Source of the DNA: a virus
Lineage: Duplodnaviria > Caudoviricetes
Strand: one strand, 5' to 3'
DNA: 64,000 nucleotides
IMG/VR virus record: IMGVR_UViG_3300044973_000253
Span: 51,922-115,921 of that record
How positions within the stretch are numbered: the stretch's first letter is position 1; the number at the start of each line of letters is the position of its first letter. Made by a program: the position numbers and the translations under genes. Below, in pieces: positions 11,873-22,600 of this stretch. The notes beneath the pieces were generated by a model that saw only the letters and a program-made list of their open reading frames with translations, was not told the DNA's origin and made no database searches.

Positions 11873-14718
11873 TCCATATCTGAATTTGATACATACTTAT
11901 TGTTATTATAAATATTCTGGGGATTACCTTTCACCTGATAAGGGAACACATCTGCCTGAATATTATCCTGACGCTTGTCATATTGTCTTTTTAGGAAAAA
12001 ATTTATTCTTTTTTCTATATACAGCGATTTGTTAGCATAGGGATAAATTTCCTCTGTGCTGTCGTTTCCCATGCCATTGGGGTAAATATCCCTCCATACA
12101 TAAGAAAGTCCTTTGTCGGCTATCAAATTGGCGTTATATGGGATTGTAGAGTATCGTTTGGCATACCTGAACAGATTCGGATTGGTGTTTATTCTTCCTA
12201 CAAGAATAGAAAGGGATTCTCCTGTAATCATAGTTTCCCCGTCATAAACAATTCCGTCAAAAGATGTGGTGCTGTTGACTTTTATACATGAAATCTTCCA
12301 TACTTTATCTCCGTAAAAAGATGAATATAAAATAAGCTCGTCATTCAGTTCGGCATAATTGTCATCATAAGTGATAAAACGTACCGTGGTATCATTCATT
12401 TTAGTTGAATATGCAGAAACAGACAATATCAACGGTCTTTCGGTCTGCTTGTACGAAGATATGCTCCTGACTTTCATCGCATAGGATGGAGTATAATAAT
12501 ATCCTTCTGGCAAATCACATATATTTGTAGAATATGTAGATGTTTGGCTTGAAAACCCATTCTCGTCATAATCATCACTAACAACATTGTCAAACGTTAT
12601 AGAGCTGAAATATTGATATGCCATATCTCCACTGTTAAGTTCTCTTTGAGCGGTATTGAATCTGAAACACATCGGTTGTATGGATGTCTCATAATCATCA
12701 TACGAAGAATAACATACAAGATCATTATAAAACAATCTATCCTGATAAAAATTAATTTCATTTTCGTCTGTGTCTTTTCTTTTGCCATTTAAATATGATA
12801 TGCTTTCTCCGCTAAGGACAGAACCGTCCCTGAATAAATTGGAGTCAACAACATTGTTTATTGTATGAATTGATTGGAATATCTTATTCCTGTTTTTTTC
12901 TGAATGTTCTGACAATTCAAACGCACATGAAACCTTTCCGAATACATGGCTGTATGTTATATTATCTCCAGTTATTACTATATTTCTTAAATTTCCATCG
13001 CTTTTTATTTTTCCATACCATTCTTTATACCCGTCATTCGCCTTGACTATCGTAAAAAACAACGAAGTCAAAGGTTTTCCCCTGTTATCTTTAAGATATG
13101 CAAATGACGCTAAATCCGTATAGGTTATTTCCGTCATATTGTCACCATATATCGTTGAGGAGAAAGCCAGTCTATCTATTTCATTATCAAACACATCAGA
13201 TACATTATTTCCACTTGGAACAGAACATCTTTGTAAAAAAGAATCATCTTTTACAGTATCTTCATTGACTGGAATATCCGCATTTTTAAAATTGGGGAGT
13301 TTGGCATTTATTCTGACATAATATTCACATGGAATATTGTTATCTATTTTCTTGAACGAAATATCCTGTGCATCATCATCCACATTCACATATTCCGAAT
13401 TATATATTGTATAATATGATGTGATTGAGGTGCTTAATGCGGACAATACATTTCCATCAACAGTATAATATTGTCCTTTCCCATAAGTGGCAATAACCCC
13501 AGTAATTGCCGTATATGATTCTGAATATGCCGAAGGAGACTCATCGTCTTTCTGAACCCAGTTGTTTGATATTGAATCCGTAGCTTTTATGTAAAAAGAA
13601 TAATCTTTGGTGCTTTCATATTTATCGGTATCATATACACCTATTCCCTCTACCAATACGTTGTTGAATTTTATTTCATCTCCAACATAAATCGAAACCC
13701 TATCTCCAACATTCAGTCCATGTTTTGAAACACTATTGAACAAAATATAATTAGAATCAGCAATTTCATCTATATCATTGATATACAGTGAGTTGGTATT
13801 TTGTCTTATAAAAGACAATGAGGTGGTTGAAGAATAAGGATAAGTCAAACAATAATTCCAGTTTTTTTCCGTTCTTTTCTTATAATCATTCCATTTAGGG
13901 CTAAAATCAAAAAGATCTTTTTCTGGAAACAGATTTATGAAATCATAACTGTTCTTGTTGTTTAGTGTAGCATTAATATGTAGCTGATTCTGTGTGGCTG
14001 ATGAAGAAGGATTCATGGATATGCTATTATAAAATCCCATCCATCCCTCTTTCTCTTTTAAACAGTTGGAATAAGTTTCAAGAGGTGTATATATTTCTTC
14101 CGAAATAAACAGATGTGTCGGTTGCAGATCAGATGATGTAACATCAAGATAATCCGTTATGTCGGACCCGTCATCCTCTCTTGCCATATCCATCAATGTA
14201 TTGAATGTACCGCTTGTATTTTTGTCTTTCATCATACATACGGTTTTGTATGATAAGGTCCGCAAATGATAATTATTCAGCATGTCTATTCCGCAATGAT
14301 AAGTAAGAGCACTGCTATTTGAAAGCTGGGTGTCCCTTATCATTTCTTCTTTATTCCAATTAAAATTAGAACCTTTATATATTATAGCTGGAGAAGATGC
14401 GGATATCTCATTAGTCATATCCGTCATTTCTTTGGTACTCATATAAGATATGTTTGATGCTGAATTTGATCCTTCTCTAAACACTATTTCTGTCGCATTA
14501 TTGAAAAGGACATTGGAGCATACAGGATAAACATCGACATTAAGTCTAACATCTGTACATGCAGAACGCTCGTTGTCATATACCTTGCTTTGACTTAATA
14601 TGGATGTGATATATTCGGTATCGATCAGTTTTCCTTCCTGCTCGATATGAACTGGTATATCCATATTTTCATTATTTCCTCGCAGGGATTTTGATTTTGA
14701 AAGAAGAATATCGTACAT
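11860..14718 (-). CDS. Putative virion structural protein, 952 aa
   Basis: Long ORF in the structural operon; no family recognised. Confidence 0.55.
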   Translation of the reverse strand: MYDILLSKSKSLRGNNENMDIPVHIEQEGKLIDTEYITSILSQSKVYDNERSACTDVRLNVDVYPVCSNVLFNNATEIVFREGSNSASNISYMSTKEMTDMTNEISASSPAIIYKGSNFNWNKEEMIRDTQLSNSSALTYHCGIDMLNNYHLRTLSYKTVCMMKDKNTSGTFNTLMDMAREDDGSDITDYLDVTSSDLQPTHLFISEEIYTPLETYSNCLKEKEGWMGFYNSISMNPSSSATQNQLHINATLNNKNSYDFINLFPEKDLFDFSPKWNDYKKRTEKNWNYCLTYPYSSTTSLSFIRQNTNSLYINDIDEIADSNYILFNSVSKHGLNVGDRVSIYVGDEIKFNNVLVEGIGVYDTDKYESTKDYSFYIKATDSISNNWVQKDDESPSAYSESYTAITGVIATYGKGQYYTVDGNVLSALSTSITSYYTIYNSEYVNVDDDAQDISFKKIDNNIPCEYYVRINAKLPNFKNADIPVNEDTVKDDSFLQRCSVPSGNNVSDVFDNEIDRLAFSSTIYGDNMTEITYTDLASFAYLKDNRGKPLTSLFFTIVKANDGYKEWYGKIKSDGNLRNIVITGDNITYSHVFGKVSCAFELSEHSEKNRNKIFQSIHTINNVVDSNLFRDGSVLSGESISYLNGKRKDTDENEINFYQDRLFYNDLVCYSSYDDYETSIQPMCFRFNTAQRELNSGDMAYQYFSSITFDNVVSDDYDENGFSSQTSTYSTNICDLPEGYYYTPSYAMKVRSISSYKQTERPLILSVSAYSTKMNDTTVRFITYDDNYAELNDELILYSSFYGDKVWKISCIKVNSTTSFDGIVYDGETMITGESLSILVGRINTNPNLFRYAKRYSTIPYNANLIADKGLSYVWRDIYPNGMGNDSTEEIYPYANKSLYIEKRINFFLKRQYDKRQDNIQADVFPYQVKGNPQNIYNNNKYVSNSDMECII

Positions 14719-14728
14719 GTTTTAATAT

Positions 14729-17700
14729 TTAAAATTCCACCACATATTTGGTGATGATGTTATTAGTGGAAGCTGAGCCATAATAATAATAAGCAAAACT
14801 TCCGACTGCGGAAATAACTGCAGTTGCGACCTTGTCCTGAATTGAAAAATAAACCTTTGTTCCATCAGACTTGTAATAATAATAGTTTTCAGAACTTCCT
14901 GTTATATTGATATATTTGGTCTTTCCGTCTGACGACTGGCTTGTACTTAATAAATCAGAAGGCACATATTCTCTATCAGTCAAGAAATAACTTAAAGGGA
15001 CAAAATGTATCATATACAAATCCTTTCTCAAATGATCCGATTGAGAATTTCCGTTAAAGTATCTTCTTATCAGCATTACACGGACTTTCTTGATATCATT
15101 ATAACTGTATTTCGTTATCAAGTTGTTTACACTCATATAAGAATTTATATCATTACTGAATGAACTCATTGATATAAAATCATTTACAACAGATAACGAA
15201 TTGCCTGTATAAGAAAGAGTGAACGATGAAAATATGTTATTTTTATATATTGAATACATTTTCATTGTTCCCTTGTCTGCCATTTTATCAACATTTGCAG
15301 CTATTTCGTTACTGATAACTCCAGACAATTCGGTTGTGAATGTATCTGCAGATTCATATAGACTTGTAATAGAAGAAGATATGGTAACAAACGGAATTAT
15401 ATATGAATTGGATATATCATTAACAAACGGGAAGCCGATTCCTATAATATTGGTGCTGTCATTAAAGTTGTATTTGTAATTATAAACATCTATATTGTTT
15501 CCTATGGTCTTAATATCATATTCTGGAATATTATAATCAGAATAAGTAACCACCCTTGAGTAATCTATCACGTCATCATTATTAAGTGTGACAGGAACAG
15601 TGATAAGCTCCGTGTTACCCGCCTGAGCATTGGCTACAATAGAATTTTGAGTAACTATTGGATTCAATTCATTTGAGCAATCTGTAATCTTTATTTCCAT
15701 ATTCCCCGTTCTTAGTGTCAAGGCCTGTTTGGAATTGAGCGTCTTGACTATCTGTGTGAATAATGGTTTGGAATCATATTCATTGTTGCTTATTACACTT
15801 TCTTTGGTAATCGCAGAATTGTTTATTTCCATATCATACAGATATCCTTTCTTCTTGCTCGGATTTGTAAGGGTTGATGATGATATATAATATTCACAAT
15901 ATTCTGTATATGAACTACTTATAACATTTTTTGTATTTGATGAATCATCAATATCATATCCCATATAATTTCCATTATATATATTCAAAACAAATGGGAC
16001 AGATGCTTCTGCTGATGTATTTTCGTCTATCTTTGGAATACAAAACATTTCATAAGACAATCTCTTGTCAATGGTTAGTGCTGAAAACCAATCCACTATC
16101 AGATTTCTGTCTATTGCTGTATATGTTTTTTCTATCTGATTGGATGTAGGTATTTTCATATATTCAGGAGACTTTAACGTGGTCACTCCATCTCCAGATG
16201 CTACCACTCCCATATAATATCCATTGGTCCCATATCCGTTATAAAAAGGATTTTTGATATATTCCAATTTTTCAGCAACAGGACTCAATTCATTGGTATA
16301 TACCTGATCTGAATCTGAATATGTCATACTGCTATATATGGTAATCGGATGCTCCGTTGTAACGCTCTTCATATAAGAATATCCATTGACCACATCTGGA
16401 TAAGAGCCATAAATATTCATATATTTATCTGTTCCCATTCCATAAGACGCTATCGCATCGGATTCATTAACATCATTAGAGAAAAATGGAGCAAAAGAAT
16501 AATAAGATATTGATGAATATGCAGCATCAAGTGTATTGCAGTCATATCCAATCATCGCAGTCTTATTGTTGCTGTCTGTTATCTGAAACACCTTTCTCAT
16601 TTCGGTTATATAAGATAATTTATAAGCGCAATAAATGAGATTATTGGTATCTTTAGTATAATCATATCCTGTAATGAATTCACTTCTATTTGCAGGCTTT
16701 ATGTCCTGATAAACAGACACATCTCCAAGTCTTTGTATCTTATCGGCAATAGTAAGATTTGTATTTCCAGTATTGATAACATAAGGAATGGAAAACTCAT
16801 TGACGGTAAGTTTGAAATATTCGAATTCATTTATATATGCAGATATTGTTCCAGTCTCTTCATTAATTGCCGTTTCAAAATTAGGATTGCAATAACTGTA
16901 CATTTGAAATATTTTATTCCCTGCTTCATTAAAATATACCAACAAATTGTTATTCTGCATGGAAACAGAAGCAATGGATGAATCACAAACCAATTTGACA
17001 TATTTCAACACCTTTGGGTCCGATGATAAAGAAACAGTTAAATTGATATATTTTCCTTTGTTTTCATTGATAGAGTTAATATTATATGTAAGTCCATTGA
17101 TTGAAAATGAAGATATGGAAATATACCCTCCATTGATGATATCCGAGTTTCCATTAATCAATGATGAACTTTTAACCTTAAAATCATACGCAGTCAATGA
17201 TGCCGAATTTGTAGCAAGAGTCATGTCAATATTGGCTGCCGTTTTGGAACCATACTTATCCTCAACCACCAATTTATAAGCATGATATCCAATATTTCCT
17301 CCTCCATACAACTTAATTCCGTTTGATGTAACAAAAGTTCCTGTCATTGAAAATGCCGTTTTCTCACAATTCTTATATTGCATAACAGTATTCCCATTTT
17401 CATCAACAATATAAAATGAATATGGAGTATTGATATTTGTAAGAGTTACAGTTATCTCGTTTTTGGCCGTATCACAATCATATATTTCAGTGGAAACAAG
17501 TATTGATGCTCCATATTTTTGGTCTGGAATACAATCTGAATAATACTTATCTCTAAATTGTTCAATAGCCGTTTTACCCTCTTTTAATCCAAAATAGAAA
17601 TAAAATGAATTGTTATATAAAGGAGCTGCGTTATTTGAAAGATAGAATTTAGCAGTATCTCCTCCAAATCTGAATTTTGAATAAGATTCCGATTCTGATT

Positions 17701-20347
17701 CCGATTTAATTCCAAGTCCATTTACACCCAATGCTCCATTGAAATTTGACGGATATTTATAGGCATATACATATTTTTTCTGTCCTGTAATAATATCAAA
17801 TAAAGTGGCATTCAATGGATTGTAATTCATTGAAGCGAATTGACTTCTAATATCATTGTTGTATATTTCCGTTTTTGTAATATAGCCATCAGCCTTGTTA
17901 AGAACAAACGAACCGTTATTTGAAAATTCATATTTGCTCATATCCAATTCTGTTCCCAATTCACATATTCTTTGAGCATTTAGTGTTCCCTGTTTGATAA
18001 TGCTGTAAGATGTACATCCTATACTATAAAACAGTCCTTTTTTATCTCTTCTGTCATCCATTCCTGTAACCAGAACAGTATCGTTAGGATAAGTAACACC
18101 ACTTAATGTATCCTGCTCGTTTTTGTTTCCTCCGTTGTGTTCTATCGAAGATGTTATAGGAGGCATGTTTGACGTGGTTGGAGGAAGATATTTGAACAAC
18201 TGCCCTATTCCGTCACTATCATTGGATGATAGGCTTCCAAGCAATATAAGGTCGGTGGAAAACAATCTGTAATATTTTTTACTTTCGTTTATCATGCCAC
18301 AAGCATAATAATAGATATCCAGATTGTCTTTGTTTTTGAAATCTTTTATAACTCCATTAACAAAAGACGTGCTTTTTGTTCCCACATCACCCGTCTGTTT
18401 CTTTCCTTTAAAGACATAATCCCACAAATAGACCAGACTGTTTTTAAAATGAAAATCACATCCGCAATATCTATTTATAGCCTTTTTTGAAAATAATCCC
18501 CATAACCATTTCCTTTTTTTCTTTTTCATCCAATGCCATACAGGAAAATACAATGTACCATTCAGCCAATCATTGCTGAAATCCATATTTACAGCATCAT
18601 ACTCTGTCGCCAACGCATCCTGAATATCATCAGATAACGTTTTGGTGTTTCTTGTGCATATTTTATCCTTGTTTTTTGCCTTTGTCGTTTCCCACATCGT
18701 TGCTCCGTCACAGCCAGGAAAATACGCCTTTACTTCTGTATCATCCTCATTGATGCTAAAACTTGATACAAAAGCAATACATTTAAGAGCAATAATACCG
18801 TTTTTTCCAAATGGACTCCATGTCCAGATATGAGGGATTCTGATTACAAACAATTCCATAAGATTAGACCAGAATTCATTGATAGCAGTAATGATATCAA
18901 TGACTATCATAAGCAGTATGCACAATACTCTATAAGAAAAATTCAAACGTATGGACACTACATTATACGGCAATGAATTGTTGGCTCCAGCCGTGTTTGC
19001 TGTTTTTAATCCTATAAAAGATCTGCTGCTTGAATATGTGGAAGCATCAATGCGAGGAATGAAAGACTTTATGGAATAAACTTTATTCCAACATATATCC
19101 CTAAAATTGGAATCATCCGTATTGCTTCCAAAAGTATAAAATGAATCATCCGTATCTAAACTTGTATTTTTTAATGCCACAGTGGAACCAGAATTCAATT
19201 CTGGATTATTGGGAATAAGATATTTAGCCCTAAACCTTGAACTTCCATCATCCGAAAGATTATCCATGCTAATTCTGAATCTTACTCTGCATCGTGTGGC
19301 TATTCCCTCGTTCGGATTATCAGAAGGACTTATATTGCCCTCCTCATCTGTTTTGATATAATCAAGGTTCATTGGAATCTGATAGCACCATACTCCATCT
19401 CCGTCTATGACTCTTCCTCCTTTTACCGAAAACTCTTCCACATAACCATCCGTGGTCTTCCGTATCATTTCTATGGTTCCATTTCCTGTTACAAGATTTC
19501 CGTTTTTTCCTGCATTTGCAGACGCCACACATCTATCTCCTATGGCATGATTGGTGGTATCTGTAATAACAGAACCGATAAAAACGCATGTTGGCTCAAA
19601 TTCATAATTCAAGTCAACGTCATTTCTTGTTATTGCAATATCATCACTATTTGTATCTCCCCAAAACGGATACACATAAACACTCTGATTCTGACTTATT
19701 ATCTGCACCAAAGAATCAATATTTGTGGATTCCTTGAACTGATTGGAATTCTTGAACAGGTTTTCATTATATCCTTTATAATAAAAATCTCTTGGACGTT
19801 GAGACAACATACCAATATCGGACAAATCACAATCTACATGTACGGACTGGTTTCCGACAGGAATTCCATAAAGCATATAGTCTCCTGCTTTATTTGTTCT
19901 GGTGGTATATTTATAATATTTATCAAATACTTCTATATAACTCTCATTATCAAGAACATATCTTTTATCTGGGAATGTTCCAACATTGGCATGACAATCA
20001 TCGTCTGATACTTGTTCCATAAGGTTGTATCTGACATCTGTATTGTCATTTTTGGTTGACGTATTTTTGTAAGGATAAATATCTCTGATATTTGACAAAA
20101 ACGAGTCGTTACCGTCAATAGGAATAAAGACAGAAACCCTTACATTCTCCACACCAAATGCTTTGTTGGCTAATATTCTGCCGACAATAACCCCATAATT
20201 GGATGACTTTATCACATACGCATCTTGCTGTTTCAACTCCATTGACAAAATCTGAAACAATCCGATATCCGAATTCAAATTGATATTCAGCATTTTGTCT
20301 TTCCCTATCTCTGTATGTATCCTGTATTTTTTTGTCAAACTATCCAT
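14729..20347 (-). CDS. Large tail/baseplate-associated protein with N-terminal carboxypeptidase-regulatory-like beta-sandwich, 1872 aa
   Basis: GVIVGRILAN..GVENVRVSVF..YTTRTNKAGDYMLYGIPVGNQSV pattern; internal hydrophobic segment; long Asn/Ser-rich C-terminal half. Confidence 0.55.
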   Translation of the reverse strand: MDSLTKKYRIHTEIGKDKMLNINLNSDIGLFQILSMELKQQDAYVIKSSNYGVIVGRILANKAFGVENVRVSVFIPIDGNDSFLSNIRDIYPYKNTSTKNDNTDVRYNLMEQVSDDDCHANVGTFPDKRYVLDNESYIEVFDKYYKYTTRTNKAGDYMLYGIPVGNQSVHVDCDLSDIGMLSQRPRDFYYKGYNENLFKNSNQFKESTNIDSLVQIISQNQSVYVYPFWGDTNSDDIAITRNDVDLNYEFEPTCVFIGSVITDTTNHAIGDRCVASANAGKNGNLVTGNGTIEMIRKTTDGYVEEFSVKGGRVIDGDGVWCYQIPMNLDYIKTDEEGNISPSDNPNEGIATRCRVRFRISMDNLSDDGSSRFRAKYLIPNNPELNSGSTVALKNTSLDTDDSFYTFGSNTDDSNFRDICWNKVYSIKSFIPRIDASTYSSSRSFIGLKTANTAGANNSLPYNVVSIRLNFSYRVLCILLMIVIDIITAINEFWSNLMELFVIRIPHIWTWSPFGKNGIIALKCIAFVSSFSINEDDTEVKAYFPGCDGATMWETTKAKNKDKICTRNTKTLSDDIQDALATEYDAVNMDFSNDWLNGTLYFPVWHWMKKKKRKWLWGLFSKKAINRYCGCDFHFKNSLVYLWDYVFKGKKQTGDVGTKSTSFVNGVIKDFKNKDNLDIYYYACGMINESKKYYRLFSTDLILLGSLSSNDSDGIGQLFKYLPPTTSNMPPITSSIEHNGGNKNEQDTLSGVTYPNDTVLVTGMDDRRDKKGLFYSIGCTSYSIIKQGTLNAQRICELGTELDMSKYEFSNNGSFVLNKADGYITKTEIYNNDIRSQFASMNYNPLNATLFDIITGQKKYVYAYKYPSNFNGALGVNGLGIKSESESESYSKFRFGGDTAKFYLSNNAAPLYNNSFYFYFGLKEGKTAIEQFRDKYYSDCIPDQKYGASILVSTEIYDCDTAKNEITVTLTNINTPYSFYIVDENGNTVMQYKNCEKTAFSMTGTFVTSNGIKLYGGGNIGYHAYKLVVEDKYGSKTAANIDMTLATNSASLTAYDFKVKSSSLINGNSDIINGGYISISSFSINGLTYNINSINENKGKYINLTVSLSSDPKVLKYVKLVCDSSIASVSMQNNNLLVYFNEAGNKIFQMYSYCNPNFETAINEETGTISAYINEFEYFKLTVNEFSIPYVINTGNTNLTIADKIQRLGDVSVYQDIKPANRSEFITGYDYTKDTNNLIYCAYKLSYITEMRKVFQITDSNNKTAMIGYDCNTLDAAYSSISYYSFAPFFSNDVNESDAIASYGMGTDKYMNIYGSYPDVVNGYSYMKSVTTEHPITIYSSMTYSDSDQVYTNELSPVAEKLEYIKNPFYNGYGTNGYYMGVVASGDGVTTLKSPEYMKIPTSNQIEKTYTAIDRNLIVDWFSALTIDKRLSYEMFCIPKIDENTSAEASVPFVLNIYNGNYMGYDIDDSSNTKNVISSSYTEYCEYYISSSTLTNPSKKKGYLYDMEINNSAITKESVISNNEYDSKPLFTQIVKTLNSKQALTLRTGNMEIKITDCSNELNPIVTQNSIVANAQAGNTELITVPVTLNNDDVIDYSRVVTYSDYNIPEYDIKTIGNNIDVYNYKYNFNDSTNIIGIGFPFVNDISNSYIIPFVTISSSITSLYESADTFTTELSGVISNEIAANVDKMADKGTMKMYSIYKNNIFSSFTLSYTGNSLSVVNDFISMSSFSNDINSYMSVNNLITKYSYNDIKKVRVMLIRRYFNGNSQSDHLRKDLYMIHFVPLSYFLTDREYVPSDLLSTSQSSDGKTKYINITGSSENYYYYKSDGTKVYFSIQDKVATAVISAVGSFAYYYYGSASTNNIITKYVVEF

Positions 20348-20357
20348 AAGATCTATC

Positions 20358-20636
20358 TTATTTGTTATTTTCTATTATTGCAAACATTTTATTAGGTAGT
20401 ACGATAACTGGTCGTTTATATACAAACAAACCATATATCAAAGATATTACAACATAAACAAAAACGAGAGGGAACATGAATACAAACAATATGTACATAC
20501 CGACTGTTTTTATTCTTGCAATATCTTTTTGCAATGATGTGTTTCCCTGTTTGCGTTCATCCTCATAAAAAGAATATTTATGTATATGCTTTACAGCCTC
20601 TTCTATCTTCTTTTGTGATTTGCAGTTACAACTCAT
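20358..20636 (-). CDS. Small membrane protein with N-terminal CxC, 92 aa
   Basis: Starts MSCNCK; hydrophobic stretch VGMYILFVFMFPLVFVYVVISLIYGLFVY; TATTTAT motif 27 nt upstream. Confidence 0.7.
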   Translation of the reverse strand: MSCNCKSQKKIEEAVKHIHKYSFYEDERKQGNTSLQKDIARIKTVGMYILFVFMFPLVFVYVVISLIYGLFVYKRPVIVLPNKMFAIIENNK

Positions 20637-20745
20637 TTTTATTAAAAATTAATGTTCTTATGATAAATAGATAGCGAAAAAAAAGCCTGGGGATTTATTA
20701 TATCCACAGACTTCCATTAATTTTATTTTTTTATTAGTTATAAAA

Positions 20746-21132
20746 TCAAAGAGAACATTCAATTGTAAGCGTTTCATAGGCGTCAAGCCAATGCTTATGC
20801 ATCTGCTTATACCTCTCTTGCCACAACTCATTGAATCCTGCAAAATTTAGCCGAGTTTTTTTCAGATTAAATCTATCCTTAAGATCACTGGCTATTTTCT
20901 GTGCTTCATCATTATGAACACCATAACGCCATCCTTCTAAATATACAATGAACTTATTTGGATCTTGATGATAACACGAAACATCATATCCTTCTTTTAT
21001 TAATCTTAATACTATTAGGTTTCGTCTTTCTTCAATATCTTCATTCCCTGACATATCATCCTCTATTGCCTCGTTGACAGCGTTTCTGATTATTCTGTGG
21101 AGCTGTCCCTCCGTTAGTCTTACTCTTCTCAT
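20746..21132 (-). CDS. Leader-cassette gene A (MRRVRLTEGQLHRIIRNAVNE + unique cargo), 128 aa
   Basis: Start reassigned to ATG 21132 to match the paralogous leaders; preceded by the repeat element. Confidence 0.8.
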   Translation of the reverse strand: MRRVRLTEGQLHRIIRNAVNEAIEDDMSGNEDIEERRNLIVLRLIKEGYDVSCYHQDPNKFIVYLEGWRYGVHNDEAQKIASDLKDRFNLKKTRLNFAGFNELWQERYKQMHKHWLDAYETLTIECSL

Positions 21133-21161
21133 ATTTTTATTTCTTTTCCTATAAATATCTG

Positions 21162-21194
21162 CAAAATTATGATAATTCGCCACCACCCTGCAAA
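21162..21194 (-). promoter_or_regulatory. Bacteroidota primary-sigma promoter (-33 TTTG / -7 TAnnTTTG)
   Basis: Minus strand TTTG-N21-TAATTTTG; the same arrangement occurs at 26122-26154. Confidence 0.55.
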
Positions 21195-21205
21195 TACCGT
21201 GCCAG
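21189..21205 (-). promoter_or_regulatory. Sigma54 (-24/-12) consensus promoter box within the repeat
   Basis: Minus strand CTGGCACGGTATTTGCA matches YTGGCACGrnnnTTGCW exactly. Confidence 0.55.
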
Positions 21206-21293
21206 ACGTAAAACAATGTCAAAATATTTACACAAAAAAAAGCGGAAAAACTGTTACGTTCCCCCGCTTGTTATTATACTCTATCAAACAAAA

Positions 21294-21932
21294 TTATTGC
21301 AGCTGATAAACTTTAAACATCTCACCGTCAATTACTGGCTCTCCTATTTTTTCTCCAAGTATGGAATAGTTGTTGTTATAAGATGTTCCTTCTTGTTCTG
21401 CAAGCTCATAAATGTCTATTAGTTCTGGACTATCTTCTATCAATTTCATCAGACAAGGACCATCACCTCCTTCGGATTCTTTTTCTCCAAAATAGTTGAT
21501 ATAGATATCGACAGGATCTGTTTCCTCCTCCTCGTCAACATTTATTCCATTATCCTCCAATATATTAGTAAGTTTTTCCTTGTCTATGTATGGTTCAAGA
21601 TAGTCAAAATTATCCTTATTCTCACCTGTATAATTGTGGATAAATGTATCAGGGTCCTGCTCAAACATGGTTATCAGCTGTTTTACACATTCCTGATAAT
21701 CTTCCGTTCCTGCAAACACATAATACGTATCACCTTCGCACTCAAACTGAATGTTATTTCCATTATCAGCATTTGTTATGCTATCAGCATCAACATCAAG
21801 TACTTCGGCCAATGCCTGCGCCTTATCTGCGTCAACATATTCATGATAACTTCCATCATCCTCCAATTCCTCGTTAACGGCGTGTCTAATTATTCTGTGG
21901 AGATTCCTCTCCGTTAATCTTAATATTCTCAT
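21294..21932 (-). CDS. Leader-bearing acidic protein B (MRILRLTERNLHRIIRHAVNEE), 212 aa; paralog of 21958-22578
   Basis: Leader motif; shares blocks YYVFA, DP[VI]DIYI.YFGE, PCLM.LI and ILGEKIGEPV.D with the next gene. Confidence 0.8.
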   Translation of the reverse strand: MRILRLTERNLHRIIRHAVNEELEDDGSYHEYVDADKAQALAEVLDVDADSITNADNGNNIQFECEGDTYYVFAGTEDYQECVKQLITMFEQDPDTFIHNYTGENKDNFDYLEPYIDKEKLTNILEDNGINVDEEEETDPVDIYINYFGEKESEGGDGPCLMKLIEDSPELIDIYELAEQEGTSYNNNYSILGEKIGEPVIDGEMFKVYQLQ

Positions 21933-21957
21933 ATTTCTTTACTTTTTATTCCGATTT

Positions 21958-22578
21958 TTAATCTATTTTATAAACATAATATCTTTCATCATCAACAACA
22001 GGTTCTCCAATCTTTTCTCCCAATATAGCATAATTGCTGCCATAAGAATCTCTCGCATGTTCTATAATAGTATCAACATTTAACAAATATGGATTTTCGG
22101 TAATCAAATCCATAAGACAAGGATTATTTGGATCTTCCGTTTTTGTTTCTCCAAAATATTTAATATAGATGTCAATTGGATCTTCATCTTCTTCTGCATT
22201 AACATCTATTCCATAATTATTTATCAATATAGCATCAATCTGGTCACGATTAATCAATGGTTCTAAATTCTCAAAATTATCTGAATTTTTACCAATATAA
22301 TCATAAAGAAACGATTCTGGATCTTCATCAAATAATTCCATCAATTTATCATAACACTTTTGGGCATCTTCATCGAGTGCAAATACATAATAATCATCCC
22401 CATCATACTCATATTCCATATTGTCATCATCGTTATCTACACATGAGATGTCATTCATATTTACATTCAGCACTTTGGCTAATGCCTTTCGTCTATAATA
22501 GGAAGGATCATTAAAATTTTCTTTAAGAATATGATTGATACTTTCTCTCAATATTCTTGAAATATAATTCCGTTTCAT
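21958..22578 (-). CDS. Acidic protein C (MKRNYISRILRESINHILKE), 206 aa; paralog of 21294-21932
   Basis: Tandem paralog with a divergent leader-like N-terminus. Confidence 0.8.
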   Translation of the reverse strand: MKRNYISRILRESINHILKENFNDPSYYRRKALAKVLNVNMNDISCVDNDDDNMEYEYDGDDYYVFALDEDAQKCYDKLMELFDEDPESFLYDYIGKNSDNFENLEPLINRDQIDAILINNYGIDVNAEEDEDPIDIYIKYFGETKTEDPNNPCLMDLITENPYLLNVDTIIEHARDSYGSNYAILGEKIGEPVVDDERYYVYKID

Positions 22579-22600
22579 TTTTTTTATTTATTTTATTCTT

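Larger units (their letters stand above)
21060..21270 (-). repeat. Cassette repeat copy 1 (terminator + promoter boxes + coding leader)
   Basis: ataaatatctgcaaaa..caaataccgtgccagacgtaaaacaatgtcaaaatatttacacaaaaaaaagcggaaaaactgttacgtt..ccgctt, shared with the other copies. Confidence 0.9.
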
